Source: a virus (Duplodnaviria > Caudoviricetes). From it: 64,000 bases of DNA. Made by a program: the position numbers and the translations under genes. The notes under the pieces are model-generated. The model made no database searches and was not told the origin of the DNA. It was given only the letters and a program-made list of their open reading frames with translations. The stretch covers positions 165,130 to 229,129 of IMG/VR virus record IMGVR_UViG_2710264778_000001; one strand, given 5' to 3'. This document shows, in pieces, positions 32,508 through 44,007 of the stretch; the stretch's first letter is position 1; every line of letters begins with the position of its first letter.

Positions 32508-35500
32508 TTAATTGTCGATTCTAGTCCTGTCTGATTGAAAAATCATGTCACCATTATCTTTTATCTCTTTAATTAATTGAACCGTATGTTGGTATATACT
32601 GTTTTTATATCTCTTAGGATAGAAGTTGTCATTTCTTCTAAATCCAGTAACAAAGATTAAATTGCCTTTTTTGAACCATCCCTCTTCTAATGTAACCTTT
32701 TTAGACTTTCCAGTTTTCGGATCAACTTCACCATCAACTGATATATTTTTATCATAAAAACTAAACTGACCAGCATAGAATTTTATATTTGTTACTCCTT
32801 CAGGAGTTAAAATAGTAACCGTATGCTTGTTTTTATCTTTATCAAGTATTGTTCCTACTATATTAGTTAACTTGTAGATAGGGTATCTTACAACCTCTTT
32901 AGTGCTTTTATTAATAAACTCGTTGTATCCTTCAATATTTGGTTGCTCTGGCATTTCAAAAAAATTACTTATTTCATATTTTATTTTATTTACATTAGTT
33001 AATTCATGTTCATGATAATAATATGAAATTGAGTCCATTTCCCATTTAGAAATACCGCCTTGCATATATTCCTTTTTCTTTTCATCTAACTTTATTTTAT
33101 TATAGTAGCTTATACAATCCTCAGTTTCTAACCAGTTTGATAAGGGTTCAATTTTATTACTATAAATATTATCAAAGCTACCTTTCCTTTTTGTTCCTAA
33201 AGCTACGTTTATTAAACCATCCTCGTCATAGTAGTAATCCCTATCTTCTTCCATGTCATTAGCAAAATTATTTAAAAAGAACTCTGTTGTATAATCAGTA
33301 TCTTCTCCACAATCTATCTTATACCAAGTAATTGCTTTCACATTTTCATCTTTTTGTTTTGGTAATGTAGTTAAAAACTTTCTAAAGTTAATATATTTTA
33401 TTTCTGTATTAAATTCTATTGGTACGATTCCTCTCGTGTCCATCTCTTCAATATCTTTTGCTGACATTTTTGATTTTGCTGGATTAATTATTTTAATAAA
33501 ATCTATTAATATTTCTTCTCTTGGTTTCTTTTCAATCTTGTCAAAACTTCCACTTTTTATTAGATTCTCCATTTGTTTATTTGTTACATATGACTTCATT
33601 TGGGTTTTTCCAGTTGATAGCTCAACTTGTCTTTTTGTAGCAACTAATCTATTATAAAAGTCTTTCATATTATTATATGGTCTATTTTCAATTATAGTTT
33701 GGCAAGTATCTTCATTAATCCCAGTTATACCTTTTAAGCCAAACAATATTGAATTATTATCTAAGTTTGGGATAAATCCTAATTCTGATTTATTTATATC
33801 AGGAAAATCAACAATAACTCCTTGATTTTGTATATCTGAAATTGCCTTAGCTACTTTACCATACTTTGTAGGCTTGTCTTTAATATCAAAATCAAATTCA
33901 TATTCTTCTTCTGTTTCTTCAAAACTATCCGTCATTGCAATTAAATTCGCTACGTACCAAAATATTGGAGGATACTTAGTATACAAATAAGCTTCTTGAT
34001 ATCCAATGACTGAATAAGCTACGCAATGTGGCTTCGAAAATGCGTATCCTTTTTGGTAGGAAGTTTGAACATTCCAACAGTAGTCAACTAATCTTTTACT
34101 TGTCCCAATTTCTTGTTGTCTTGATATCAGTAACTTTTCAGCTTCTTTCTGTATTGCTTCTATTTTTTTAGCAATTCCTTTTTTTATAAGATTAACTTCT
34201 TTTACTCCATAATCAGCCACTCTTTTATCCATAAACATTTCCATCATTGACTCTTGGTTAGAGCAAACTCCACATTGGTCATCTAATAACTCATGTAATA
34301 TTTTTCTATCTTCTTCAGAAAGTCCATATTGTATCATCTCTTCTTCCCACAAATGAGGATTGTTTTTAAATTTGATATATTTATCTAAAGGTTGTTCGTC
34401 TCCACTATCAGACATTAAACGCATCAATGCATTGGCATTCGCCATATCAATTAAATTATTAGGTTGTAATTTCTTAATTGCCTCACGTCCAACAGGTGTT
34501 TCACCAAATTGAAAAAGATTCATTACTTTGTTCTGTTTTATATTGTTCCAAACTTCTTTATCCTCCAAGTCAATAACTGAAGGACTTAGATATTTCTTAT
34601 ATGTATCTTTTAAATTTCCTTGCCACTTCATAAAACCATATTTACAAAGCAATTCTATTGTTAGTTGAATTATTGCCATTCCTGTGGTAAGTAGAAAGTC
34701 ATATTTAATTGCTCCACACTTTTCTATTTCATGAAGATCAAAAGATGTAACTAATTCTCCACTAGGAGTTCTCATGATTGAACTATAATATTCTATGTTT
34801 TTATTAATTGGTAAAACTCCTGAAGCATGTGAACCTATTCCACTTACAAGACCTTCTATTTTAAATATATTTTCTAGCAAGTTTAAATCAGAATATTTAT
34901 CAATTATATCAACAAATTCTTTTACTGCCTTTCTATTTTTTTTAGGATTTCCATAGTAAGTATCAGAAATACTCCATACTTTTCCTCTTTCTATAGGAAT
35001 TAAAGAAGATATATATTGATATATGTCATTGTTTATTCCCAATCCCCTACAAGCAGTACTAATAGCTGATTTAGATGTCTCAGTTTTAAAAGTAATTATT
35101 CTAATCATGTCTCCATCAAAACTTCTATAATAATTTCTAGTATTAAAGAACACTTCATTTTTCAAATTACTACTATAATCTGTATCAACGTCGGGCATTT
35201 CTAATTTTGATTTGTGTATAAATCTCCAATGAGGTAATGACATACCCATATCTTCCATTGTTAAAGGATCAATATCTGTTATTTCTAATAAATAGTCAGT
35301 CAAATAACAAACACTTGAACCCCTTCCAACTCCAATTATTGTTGTCTGCCACATTATATCCAAATTATCTTTCATTGTTGTTAAGTAAGCACCAATAGGC
35401 TCTTTCATTGCAACAGATAAACAGTAAATTTCTTCAAGTTCAATATTAATTCTTTCAAAATATCTTTTGTAATTTGTTTTTGATATATTTCGTTTATCTA

Positions 35501-36608
35501 ACCCTTCAAATATTAAATGAATTAAATAGGTATGATATATATACTCATCTTCATATATATTTTTTATATTCTCATATTTATTAATTAATTCTTTATTTAC
35601 AGGATACCATTCATTTTGTGGAGGTAAAGGAGTTAAAGGAATTTTAATAGGCTTAAATAATCCATAGTCATTGTTTTCTCCAACAATACATTTATTCATA
35701 ATCTCCAATGTATTAGCAATAGAATCATCTATAGTATTTTCATCTAAATAGTTCATGCTTGCATATATTTCTTTGGTATCAAAAAACCTAGTTGTTTCAT
35801 AGAAATCATCAACTTCTCTATTAGCATCTTTATCTTCACTTGTTAAAAAAGCCTTATGTGCCCTTCTATCCGCCTCTCTTACAAAATGAACATCAGTAGT
35901 AATAGTTGTTTTTAAATTATAAGCTTTTGCTATAGATATAATAAGTTCGTTATAATTTATTTGGTTTAAGCACATATTTGGTTGCATCTCTAAATAAAAA
36001 TCTTCCTCACCAAATATGTCAATGCACCATTCAATAAAATCTGCCATCTTATCTTTATAAAGTTCTATTAAATTTTCATCTTCTGTCTCATCTATCATTT
36101 GGCTATAGTGACCTAATAATGAACCCAAGCATGCTGTTTGTGCAATTATATGTCCTTTGTCTTCTCCAATAATTTCTTCAATGTCTGAATAATATGTAGG
36201 TACTCTTTGCATTCCTTTATAGTTGAAAAAATTATCTTTCCATGCCCTAGAACTTAATTTTCTTAGTTGCTCATGACCAATAGAATCTTTCGCAATTAGT
36301 ATAAAATGATAGAAAGTCTTTTTACCTTCTACCTCCATATCTTTTTGAGAAACTAAGTATATCTCATTTCCCAGTAATAATTTAAAATCATCACTTATCT
36401 TTTTATTTTGTTTTAATTCATTCAGTGTATTAATTGCTTTAACATGAGCTGTCAAACTTTCGTGATCTGTTATTGCAACACCTTTATTTCCTAACTCATT
36501 AGCATATAAGAGAATATCTTCTATTTTAGCAATAGAATCTTTTAATCTTACATTAGAACCTCTGTCAGTATGTAAATGTGTATGTACAAAATTTTCATTT
36601 GCCAACAT
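32508..36608 (-). CDS. dnaE: DNA polymerase III alpha subunit
   Basis: PHP domain (HLHT, ITDH, TTDVH), GRGS, catalytic PDVDTD, HASG, IKYD, GYAF.KPH and FGLKGI motifs. Confidence 0.95.
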   Translation of the reverse strand: MLANENFVHTHLHTDRGSNVRLKDSIAKIEDILLYANELGNKGVAITDHESLTAHVKAINTLNELKQNKKISDDFKLLLGNEIYLVSQKDMEVEGKKTFYHFILIAKDSIGHEQLRKLSSRAWKDNFFNYKGMQRVPTYYSDIEEIIGEDKGHIIAQTACLGSLLGHYSQMIDETEDENLIELYKDKMADFIEWCIDIFGEEDFYLEMQPNMCLNQINYNELIISIAKAYNLKTTITTDVHFVREADRRAHKAFLTSEDKDANREVDDFYETTRFFDTKEIYASMNYLDENTIDDSIANTLEIMNKCIVGENNDYGLFKPIKIPLTPLPPQNEWYPVNKELINKYENIKNIYEDEYIYHTYLIHLIFEGLDKRNISKTNYKRYFERINIELEEIYCLSVAMKEPIGAYLTTMKDNLDIMWQTTIIGVGRGSSVCYLTDYLLEITDIDPLTMEDMGMSLPHWRFIHKSKLEMPDVDTDYSSNLKNEVFFNTRNYYRSFDGDMIRIITFKTETSKSAISTACRGLGINNDIYQYISSLIPIERGKVWSISDTYYGNPKKNRKAVKEFVDIIDKYSDLNLLENIFKIEGLVSGIGSHASGVLPINKNIEYYSSIMRTPSGELVTSFDLHEIEKCGAIKYDFLLTTGMAIIQLTIELLCKYGFMKWQGNLKDTYKKYLSPSVIDLEDKEVWNNIKQNKVMNLFQFGETPVGREAIKKLQPNNLIDMANANALMRLMSDSGDEQPLDKYIKFKNNPHLWEEEMIQYGLSEEDRKILHELLDDQCGVCSNQESMMEMFMDKRVADYGVKEVNLIKKGIAKKIEAIQKEAEKLLISRQQEIGTSKRLVDYCWNVQTSYQKGYAFSKPHCVAYSVIGYQEAYLYTKYPPIFWYVANLIAMTDSFEETEEEYEFDFDIKDKPTKYGKVAKAISDIQNQGVIVDFPDINKSELGFIPNLDNNSILFGLKGITGINEDTCQTIIENRPYNNMKDFYNRLVATKRQVELSTGKTQMKSYVTNKQMENLIKSGSFDKIEKKPREEILIDFIKIINPAKSKMSAKDIEEMDTRGIVPIEFNTEIKYINFRKFLTTLPKQKDENVKAITWYKIDCGEDTDYTTEFFLNNFANDMEEDRDYYYDEDGLINVALGTKRKGSFDNIYSNKIEPLSNWLETEDCISYYNKIKLDEKKKEYMQGGISKWEMDSISYYYHEHELTNVNKIKYEISNFFEMPEQPNIEGYNEFINKSTKEVVRYPIYKLTNIVGTILDKDKNKHTVTILTPEGVTNIKFYAGQFSFYDKNISVDGEVDPKTGKSKKVTLEEGWFKKGNLIFVTGFRRNDNFYPKRYKNSIYQHTVQLIKEIKDNGDMIFQSDRTRIDN

Positions 36609-36708
36609 TACATATTCCTCCCTTCAATAAAATATATTTACAATTATAATTGTATCACTACTCTTTTAAAATTGCAAATATATTATACTTATTTATATTT
36701 TGTTTTTA

Positions 36709-38499
36709 TTAGAATCTACTTCTTGTTCCTTGAGAAACATTGTAATCTATTATTTCTATTTGAGGGTACTCATTTCCATTAAATTCATTAATAGTGAATT
36801 TACCTACAATATCCATTCTTACTCTCTCAACTGCTTTTCCTAATCCTTTATTATTTTTGAATATCATCTTTTTATATTCTTCCTCACTGGAGAATCCTTT
36901 AACAAACTTTATAGTATTACTGCCTATATCTTTATTAATAATAATAAAGTTCTTTTTTTCTCCAACTAATTTAATATCTTTAGTTTCTAAATTAATATTT
37001 GTTATTGCAAATAAAGGTTCGCTTATTTCTCCACCCCAAATATCTTTCCATTTTCCAACCTGTAGAATATCTGAAGGTTTTAATCTTCCTATGGGAATTT
37101 CATAATCAACCAAGTAGACATCTTCAATTATCATATCCTTATGTTGTTCATTAAAAGTTTTTATCATTTCTTGTATTTTATCTTTTTTGATTTTTATACC
37201 AAAACTATTATCATGCCCATCAACACTTACGAAACAATTAGTTTCCATTAAATCTTTATTAAGATTTTTAATAGAACACAACTTATAGTTTCTGCCACTT
37301 CCACCATATGTGTCCTTGTCTCTTTCTCTTAATACTAAAGCTGGTCTTTTAAAATGTTCTGCTAATTTATTTGCTACCAATCCTGTGAAAGTAGATTCTT
37401 CGATTACATTGGTTGAATCAACTACTATTATTTTGTTTTTATCAAGTTGTTGTTCTTCTATTGTTTTCAACAGTTCTTTCATACTTTTCTCTGCTGACCT
37501 GTTTTGTCTACTTCTTATATTTTGAAAAACTCTAGCCATTGTTTTTTGTAATGTTTGTTGCTCAATTTCTGGATTAGGATTAGTTTTACTTTTTCTAGGT
37601 TTATATTCTATTAACTCCTGTTCTCCATTTATTGCTCTTAGCATATCATTTCTTTCTTCATCAGTTCCACTTCTAATAGTTGCATTAAAACAAGGTGAAA
37701 TATCCCACTCTACATTTGTTATATTAACTGTAGAATCCTTATCATCTAAATCTTTTAATACTTTCTTTTTTATTAGAATTTCTTTTACTGTTTCATTATT
37801 AATTTGACTTAAACCACTTAAAGCAAGATATCTAGTTTCATAATCAGACATGTCCATGTTATCGCCTATCATTCCAATAGCAACCAAATCTAAATCAATA
37901 TCAGCATAATTATATCCATATTTTTTATCAAACTCCTTAAAAAACTTATAACAAACACCAACCCCAGATAAATGTTTATTAGGATATCTACCATCTTGAT
38001 TATTAATAATAATACAATTAGGATTTTCATGTTTCTCAAAATTATGATGATCCAATACTAGAATATCCATCTCATATTTGTCACACAATATATTTTGTTC
38101 TTCTTTATCATTACTTCCAGCGTCAGGAACTATTAATAATTGTATATCTTTAGGTATATTATCTATTTTTATTCCATGTGTTTTTCCCTTGTTCATTGAG
38201 TAAGTAATATTTAAGTCTTTATTTAGTCTATTTAAATAATTATAAGTATATGTCCCACTTGTAATTCCATCATTGTCCACATCATATAGTATATGTATTT
38301 TACTATTATTATCAATATGATATTTCAACATATTTAAACCTCTATCCATATTTTCAAATAACATTCCGTCATGAATATCTTTTTCACTAACATTTAAAAA
38401 ATGTTCTACATCTGCAATTCCTCTATTATGTAATAATTTAGTTAATAAGTCTTTTTCTCTAATGTCAGCATACCCTTTGTTTAACACTTTATAATTCAT
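36709..38499 (-). CDS. recJ: RecJ-like ssDNA exonuclease (DHH family)
   Basis: DVDNDG, DHH, LSGVGV, GSGR and GH motifs. Confidence 0.9.
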   Translation of the reverse strand: MNYKVLNKGYADIREKDLLTKLLHNRGIADVEHFLNVSEKDIHDGMLFENMDRGLNMLKYHIDNNSKIHILYDVDNDGITSGTYTYNYLNRLNKDLNITYSMNKGKTHGIKIDNIPKDIQLLIVPDAGSNDKEEQNILCDKYEMDILVLDHHNFEKHENPNCIIINNQDGRYPNKHLSGVGVCYKFFKEFDKKYGYNYADIDLDLVAIGMIGDNMDMSDYETRYLALSGLSQINNETVKEILIKKKVLKDLDDKDSTVNITNVEWDISPCFNATIRSGTDEERNDMLRAINGEQELIEYKPRKSKTNPNPEIEQQTLQKTMARVFQNIRSRQNRSAEKSMKELLKTIEEQQLDKNKIIVVDSTNVIEESTFTGLVANKLAEHFKRPALVLRERDKDTYGGSGRNYKLCSIKNLNKDLMETNCFVSVDGHDNSFGIKIKKDKIQEMIKTFNEQHKDMIIEDVYLVDYEIPIGRLKPSDILQVGKWKDIWGGEISEPLFAITNINLETKDIKLVGEKKNFIIINKDIGSNTIKFVKGFSSEEEYKKMIFKNNKGLGKAVERVRMDIVGKFTINEFNGNEYPQIEIIDYNVSQGTRSRF

Positions 38500-39698
38500 T
38501 TTATTAACTCCTCCTCTAATTGTTGAACACTCTCTACTAACAATCTTTCACTATATAATTCATTGAAGATTTCTTTCCCTTTATCAAAAGGTGAATCCTT
38601 ATAGTCCAATCTATCATCCCAACAACTAATTACATACATATTCATATATCCATTTACTAAATTAAATATCTTAATTAACTTTTTAATATAATTATTAAAT
38701 TCATTTATTTTCTTTTTTCTTTCCATTTTCTGTTCTATAGTTAAAGATTTTAAAGGAATATTCTCATAATAATCAAGTTTGTCCAATTCATATTGCTTAT
38801 CATAGGCAATAATCAAATCTACTACACCTAAAGATAATAATAAATCTCTTTGATATTTTGTAAAGTTCATACTACATGTAGCTAAAGTTGTATTATTTTC
38901 TTTTCCAAAAAATGTATCTGAAATTAAAGTAGATTTCTCACTTTCTGCAATAATGGCTTTTTTAGTTCTTTTAATATTCTCTTTATTTTGATAAATGCCA
39001 TATAAATTAAAAGATATAGGATATTTATAAGTTAAACCTTCTATTTCTATTGGGACATACTTTAAACCATTTTCAACCAAACTATTCTTAAAATTTCTAC
39101 ATCTAATTCCTATTAACTCGCCTCTTATATCTCTATGTGGTATTATAGCTTGCATTTGTGAAAAATAAATTTTAATTTCAAATCTTTCTCCTACTCTTTT
39201 ATCTATTCCGTCTTCTTCCCATTCAACAGGGAAATAATTATCAAAAATTTTTAATATTTTATCATTATAAGAAGGTAATAATTTAATTGATTTCTCTCTA
39301 GTTATCGTTCTATGTAATTTTAAAAAATCTAAATCTTTATCTTCTCTTTCATTTATTTTAAATCCCTTTTTTCTTTGTCCCATTATAGAAATATTCTTAA
39401 ATTCACATACATATTTAAAAGCTTCTTTAAAGCCTTCAGAATTGTTTTGTAAATCCAACGCACCAATAACTACGTCAAATAGAGACATACACCCACATGA
39501 AGAGTAACACATAAATGTTTTTGAATCTTTGTAATAATACAATTTAAAACTACTACTATGATGGCATATACTTGTAAATATTATTTCGTTGTCATTATTC
39601 CCTCTTTTTTTATCTGCCCCAAGTTGTTTCATTATATCTACTATATCTTCATCTGAAAATAGTTCAATTACCTCGTCTCTATCAATCATAATTATCAC
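38496..39698 (-). CDS. dnaG: DNA primase
   Basis: Zn-binding CH...CYSSC, IIP, NLYG, TOPRIM-like ESEKS and IAYD motifs; adjacent to the helicase. Confidence 0.8.
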   Translation of the reverse strand: MIIMIDRDEVIELFSDEDIVDIMKQLGADKKRGNNDNEIIFTSICHHSSSFKLYYYKDSKTFMCYSSCGCMSLFDVVIGALDLQNNSEGFKEAFKYVCEFKNISIMGQRKKGFKINEREDKDLDFLKLHRTITREKSIKLLPSYNDKILKIFDNYFPVEWEEDGIDKRVGERFEIKIYFSQMQAIIPHRDIRGELIGIRCRNFKNSLVENGLKYVPIEIEGLTYKYPISFNLYGIYQNKENIKRTKKAIIAESEKSTLISDTFFGKENNTTLATCSMNFTKYQRDLLLSLGVVDLIIAYDKQYELDKLDYYENIPLKSLTIEQKMERKKKINEFNNYIKKLIKIFNLVNGYMNMYVISCWDDRLDYKDSPFDKGKEIFNELYSERLLVESVQQLEEELIK

Positions 39699-41284
39699 TC
39701 TTTCATTTCTATTATTGTTTTCTCAATTTCTATTGGATTGTAATACTTGTCAGTAACAAACATATCTATAAACCTTCCTGTTCCCAAATCATTTACTCCC
39801 CATATCTTAATATCTTTATAACGACCACCACGGTTTTTATAAATTGTATAACAAGTATTAGGTACTATTTTATTATTAAAACCACGTTGATATTTTCTTA
39901 TGATACTTTCTAATAGTTCTAATTCTTTATTGGTTGGTTCAAATACAGTAATACCAACATCCACTTTATTAGGCAAGGACCTAGCACCCTTAACTGCCCT
40001 TTGATCTCTATATCCCATTGTTCTTGCTTCATCTGTCGTTTGAGTGTATCCAAAGATAGTTAAATCAAAATTCTTACAAATACTTTTAATTTCTTTAGAT
40101 AGATTTAATAATACTTGGTCTTCTCTAGCTGTCATTCCTCTTGTCATTTGAATGTATTCACCACTCAATGCTGTTGTTAATTCTAAATAATCAATTGCAA
40201 CAGCACAAATATTATAGTCATTCTTATATTTCTCTATTGTATTCCAAAGATAAACCAAGTCATAGTTGTCTTCATCCTCTAGAAATAATTGCATCTCATC
40301 ACTATATTGCATAGCCAAATCTAATCTTTTTTCTTCTTCCTCAGTTAAATCATTTGTCATTATTCTATCTTGTTCGATTCCTGATATAAAAGCCCATATC
40401 ATTGGTTCTATTTCTTCTTCCAAGTCCATTTCTGTTCCTATGTATAACCCTGTATTTCCCATTTTATTCGGATTTACTATGTATTTACTCTTCTTATAGT
40501 CCCATACATAAGGAGAACATATATTTATTAATCTTTTTATTGCATTTCTCGATTTACCACATCCGCTATCTCTAGTTTCTAAGAAAAACTTTTTAGGCAA
40601 AGCACCTCTAGTTATAGTATTCAAAAATTCGCTTTCTAGATTTAATCCAAAAGACGGGTTTTTTCTCAATCTCTCTCTCAGTTCTTTGGCATTTTCTCCA
40701 GACTTCCTTGATTTACCTTCCTCTCTTGTACAAAATTTACTTTTTATGCTCAGTATTTTTTTATCATAGTATCTCTTTATATCTTCTATTGTCATTAAAT
40801 CAAATTTTTCTTGTTGTATTTTTAATAAATTATTATCTAATTCATCCACATCCAATAGATCAGTTACGTTTATCCCTTGTTTTAAGTAATTTCTTAACAA
40901 TGAAAGTTTTCTTACCAATGAGTAATAATAATCAAAATTATTAACATTAGACTCATTAAAAACATCATTAATCCATTCTATGTCATTCTCTTTTTCAAAG
41001 AATAAATTATGTCCTGCCAAATCATTTTTACTTAAATAATTCTCTATATCTGCTACTTTTATTATTTCTAATCCTTGATTTAATAAGTTAACAATACAAC
41101 TAAATAAACAACAATGTTTTTTACCTATAAAATCTTCTATATCAAGTTGGTATTCATTTCTGTTTAGTAATTTAGGATTATTCATTAGAGTTCCTAGAAT
41201 TTGAACTGAAGCTTGAGCATTATAATACTTATCCACTTGATTCCTTGAAGCTAAAAATCTCATTATTCTGTTTGCTCCTTCCAC
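39695..41284 (-). CDS. dnaB: DnaB-like replicative helicase
   Basis: Walker A-like DSGCGKS, GTEM, IDYL, TQ and KNRGG motifs. Confidence 0.85.
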   Translation of the reverse strand: MEGANRIMRFLASRNQVDKYYNAQASVQILGTLMNNPKLLNRNEYQLDIEDFIGKKHCCLFSCIVNLLNQGLEIIKVADIENYLSKNDLAGHNLFFEKENDIEWINDVFNESNVNNFDYYYSLVRKLSLLRNYLKQGINVTDLLDVDELDNNLLKIQQEKFDLMTIEDIKRYYDKKILSIKSKFCTREEGKSRKSGENAKELRERLRKNPSFGLNLESEFLNTITRGALPKKFFLETRDSGCGKSRNAIKRLINICSPYVWDYKKSKYIVNPNKMGNTGLYIGTEMDLEEEIEPMIWAFISGIEQDRIMTNDLTEEEEKRLDLAMQYSDEMQLFLEDEDNYDLVYLWNTIEKYKNDYNICAVAIDYLELTTALSGEYIQMTRGMTAREDQVLLNLSKEIKSICKNFDLTIFGYTQTTDEARTMGYRDQRAVKGARSLPNKVDVGITVFEPTNKELELLESIIRKYQRGFNNKIVPNTCYTIYKNRGGRYKDIKIWGVNDLGTGRFIDMFVTDKYYNPIEIEKTIIEMKE

Positions 41285-41760
41285 TTATCTAAATTTATAT
41301 TCTTCTTTTGATTTCTATAATTGTCTTGCCTTTTAGTTGTTACTGTGTGAGTAACTGCTTCTATGTTGTATTCTTCGGCTTTATCTTCAATATCAAATTT
41401 TTTATTCATAAATTGTTCAGCTTTAGTATAGAAATATGGTATTATTCCTACTCCTTTATCTGTATCTAATTCCATTTCTAAAATTTCATACACATATCTT
41501 AAAGTATGGAACATTCCATAATAACTCATTTTATTTTCATTATTGTACTTCTTTAGTTGAGTTATAATCTGTACAGATACATTTTCAACGTTATATAATC
41601 TTTTTATGTATTCAAACAATTTACACCAGTCTGTCCAATCAGGATCAATTTCATACATACAATCTTCACAGTATTCTTTTCTTCCCTTTTTAATTATTTC
41701 TCCAGTTATTTCTTTTTTACAATTCTCACAAATATGTATTTTATCTTTCACTCTAGCCAT
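41263..41760 (-). CDS. zinc-finger replication-associated protein
   Basis: Two N-terminal CxxC pairs and GIIPY; lies inside the replication operon. Confidence 0.6.
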   Translation of the reverse strand: MARVKDKIHICENCKKEITGEIIKKGRKEYCEDCMYEIDPDWTDWCKLFEYIKRLYNVENVSVQIITQLKKYNNENKMSYYGMFHTLRYVYEILEMELDTDKGVGIIPYFYTKAEQFMNKKFDIEDKAEEYNIEAVTHTVTTKRQDNYRNQKKNINLDKWKEQTE

Positions 41761-41787
41761 AAATTCACCTACCTCTATTTTTAATTA

Positions 41788-41814
41788 AAGGTAAGCACAT
41801 TAAATGCTTACCTT
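41788..41814 (-). terminator. hairpin, probable intrinsic terminator
   Basis: AAGGTAAGCA/TGCTTACCTT inverted repeat right after the stop codon. Confidence 0.6.
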
Positions 41815-41820
41815 ATAACA

Positions 41821-42849
41821 TTAAATAGTTTCTAATTTTTCTTCCAAATTGTTCTTAATACAAATTAATGATTCAAGTTGAGTTTCAGTAGCTTCACTAA
41901 CAGGAATATCTCCTAAGTATTTTTCTACCGTATCTAAGAAGAAATCTTCTAAAGCATGTGAATCATCGTCTTTATCTAATAGTTGATCATATTGTCCTTT
42001 GATAGTTTCTATTACATCTTTGAAATCAACTTTTTCTTCTTTGTAAATATCTTGTTGCTCTTTAAAGTCCACATTGTCAAAACCTTCTGCTTTGTTTTGT
42101 CTTTTAATTCCTTCTACTATTGTAGAAACTAAATTTTCTGCTGTGAAATCTTCAATATATGTATCCATATAGCTAAATCTTGTTCTTGCAAAGAAATCCT
42201 TACTTTCTGCTAAATATGCACTTGAATGAATTGGTTTCCCATTTTCATCTAATCCATTACTTTCTAAGTAGCAAACTATATCAGCGTTATCTCTAATAGG
42301 TTTAATGTTTCTTTCATCACCACTAATTAAGAATTTCTTTTTCTTTCCATCCCATGATTCATGTCCTATAAATACTACTGTATAACCAACTCCTAAAAGA
42401 TTATCAACAAATCCCCATACCAAGTTTTCATATTCTTCCCAGCAACCAAATCCGTCATTGGCTTTTCCGATAGTTGGAACTTTATATTTTTGGCATAACA
42501 TGGCTTTACAATACTTACCTATGTTTTCAAAACCATCAATAATTAATGTAATTTGTGCCCCCTTATCTAGTGCCTCAACAAAATTTCTACTAGTTAACTT
42601 TCTTCCGTTTCTTTCTAAATCAGCCCAACAAGTTGTTTTTAAAACCATTGCTCCATTTATTGCATTAAGTCCTTTTTCACAAGGCATAAATACTGGGTTA
42701 GGTAATCTTGAAGCTTGTAATGATTTACCTAAATTATTACCACCGTAAATTACAATTGCTTTTCCTCTTATATCCTCTGAGATTCTTGATACTTTCACAT
42801 CGTTTTTAAATTCCTTACCAAATAAGTCCATTATATTGCTATCTAACAT
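41821..42849 (-). CDS. AAA_24/Sak4-like ATPase (phage recombinase)
   Basis: IYG....GKS, EKG, IIDG, FIGH and ARTR motifs. Confidence 0.75.
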   Translation of the reverse strand: MLDSNIMDLFGKEFKNDVKVSRISEDIRGKAIVIYGGNNLGKSLQASRLPNPVFMPCEKGLNAINGAMVLKTTCWADLERNGRKLTSRNFVEALDKGAQITLIIDGFENIGKYCKAMLCQKYKVPTIGKANDGFGCWEEYENLVWGFVDNLLGVGYTVVFIGHESWDGKKKKFLISGDERNIKPIRDNADIVCYLESNGLDENGKPIHSSAYLAESKDFFARTRFSYMDTYIEDFTAENLVSTIVEGIKRQNKAEGFDNVDFKEQQDIYKEEKVDFKDVIETIKGQYDQLLDKDDDSHALEDFFLDTVEKYLGDIPVSEATETQLESLICIKNNLEEKLETI

Positions 42850-42918
42850 TTATACATTTCTCCTTTATATTTAAAATTAATATTTTTATGTTTTATACTT
42901 ACTTATAATTTATTTACT

Positions 42919-42942
42919 TAACAGGAGAATTAACTCCTGTTA
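42919..42942 (-). terminator. hairpin, probable intrinsic terminator
   Basis: TAACAGGAG/CTCCTGTTA inverted repeat after the stop codon. Confidence 0.55.
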
Positions 42943-42957
42943 TTATGTTCTTATGTA

Positions 42958-44007
42958 TTAGAAACCTCTTCTTTGTCTCTTCTCTGTTCCTTCAGTGGTT
43001 CTACTTGAGCCTCCCATTCCTCTAGGCTTTTTCTCTTTAGTTTCTTCTTTATCTTCCTTGTTCTTTACTTCTTCTTTTTTATTATCTCTTTGAACTAATG
43101 CTTGTTTAATATCTTCTTCTTCAAACATTCTTTGTGGATCTTCAACTAATTCGCCATATAAAATATTAAATTCATTTATGTAATCTGTTTTTGTTTCAAC
43201 CTTTGCCCTTCCGAATCCCTTTCCACTTGTCTTAGTTTCGGTAATACGTTTTTCAAAGTTAATATCACCATTAGCTGAGAAAGTGTCTCCTTCTCTTAAA
43301 TTATCAAATATTGCTTGTCCCATATCAAAATCGTCACCATTATCATCTTTGATAATTCCAGCTACCAATTCAATTGGAGCTACTAATCCTCCAAACAAAG
43401 GTAAATACCCACTAACTATTGTTCTTCCAGTTGCCTCATTAGTTTCTGGTTTAATTTCCTCTGCAATAGATTCAACATAAATTTCCACATCAAATTCAGC
43501 TTTGAAATCTTCTTCTTTTACATTATCTTTAACTGTTATATTACCAAATCCTAAATTAAGTTGTAAATTTGTTCTTACTTCATTTGTTCTTTTATCCTTG
43601 TACATATTTTCACCAATGTTTGGAGTAAATTGCTTTTCTGGATCGTCACTTGTGTTTCCCCATATATTTACAACTGTTGGTAATTCATCTTCTTTTGCAC
43701 TTGCCATCGTAGGTAATTTTCCATCAGCAATATCCACTAATGTTAAATATTTTTTAGAAACTTCCCCTTTTGAAGTAAGTTCTTTTGATGCAAATGGAGC
43801 AACATGAACATCTATTTCTTTGTACTCCCCACACTTTAAAACCATTTTCCCTGATATTGCATTATATTCATTTCCTTCTTTATCTTTTGCTACAATCTTA
43901 TTCAATTTTTGTTCCTTTATGTACCCTAGTAAGTCTATTTTGTTGATTCCTGTTTTCATTTCTGTGTTTGCCATAATTTTTCTCTCCTTCTGACGTTGGT
44001 TCGTCAC
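42958..44007 (-). CDS. putative single-stranded DNA-binding protein
   Basis: Position next to the Sak4-like ATPase; N...L.G pattern and a charged tail ending in F. Function is inferred. Confidence 0.5.
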   Translation of the reverse strand: MTNQRQKERKIMANTEMKTGINKIDLLGYIKEQKLNKIVAKDKEGNEYNAISGKMVLKCGEYKEIDVHVAPFASKELTSKGEVSKKYLTLVDIADGKLPTMASAKEDELPTVVNIWGNTSDDPEKQFTPNIGENMYKDKRTNEVRTNLQLNLGFGNITVKDNVKEEDFKAEFDVEIYVESIAEEIKPETNEATGRTIVSGYLPLFGGLVAPIELVAGIIKDDNGDDFDMGQAIFDNLREGDTFSANGDINFEKRITETKTSGKGFGRAKVETKTDYINEFNILYGELVEDPQRMFEEEDIKQALVQRDNKKEEVKNKEDKEETKEKKPRGMGGSSRTTEGTEKRQRRGF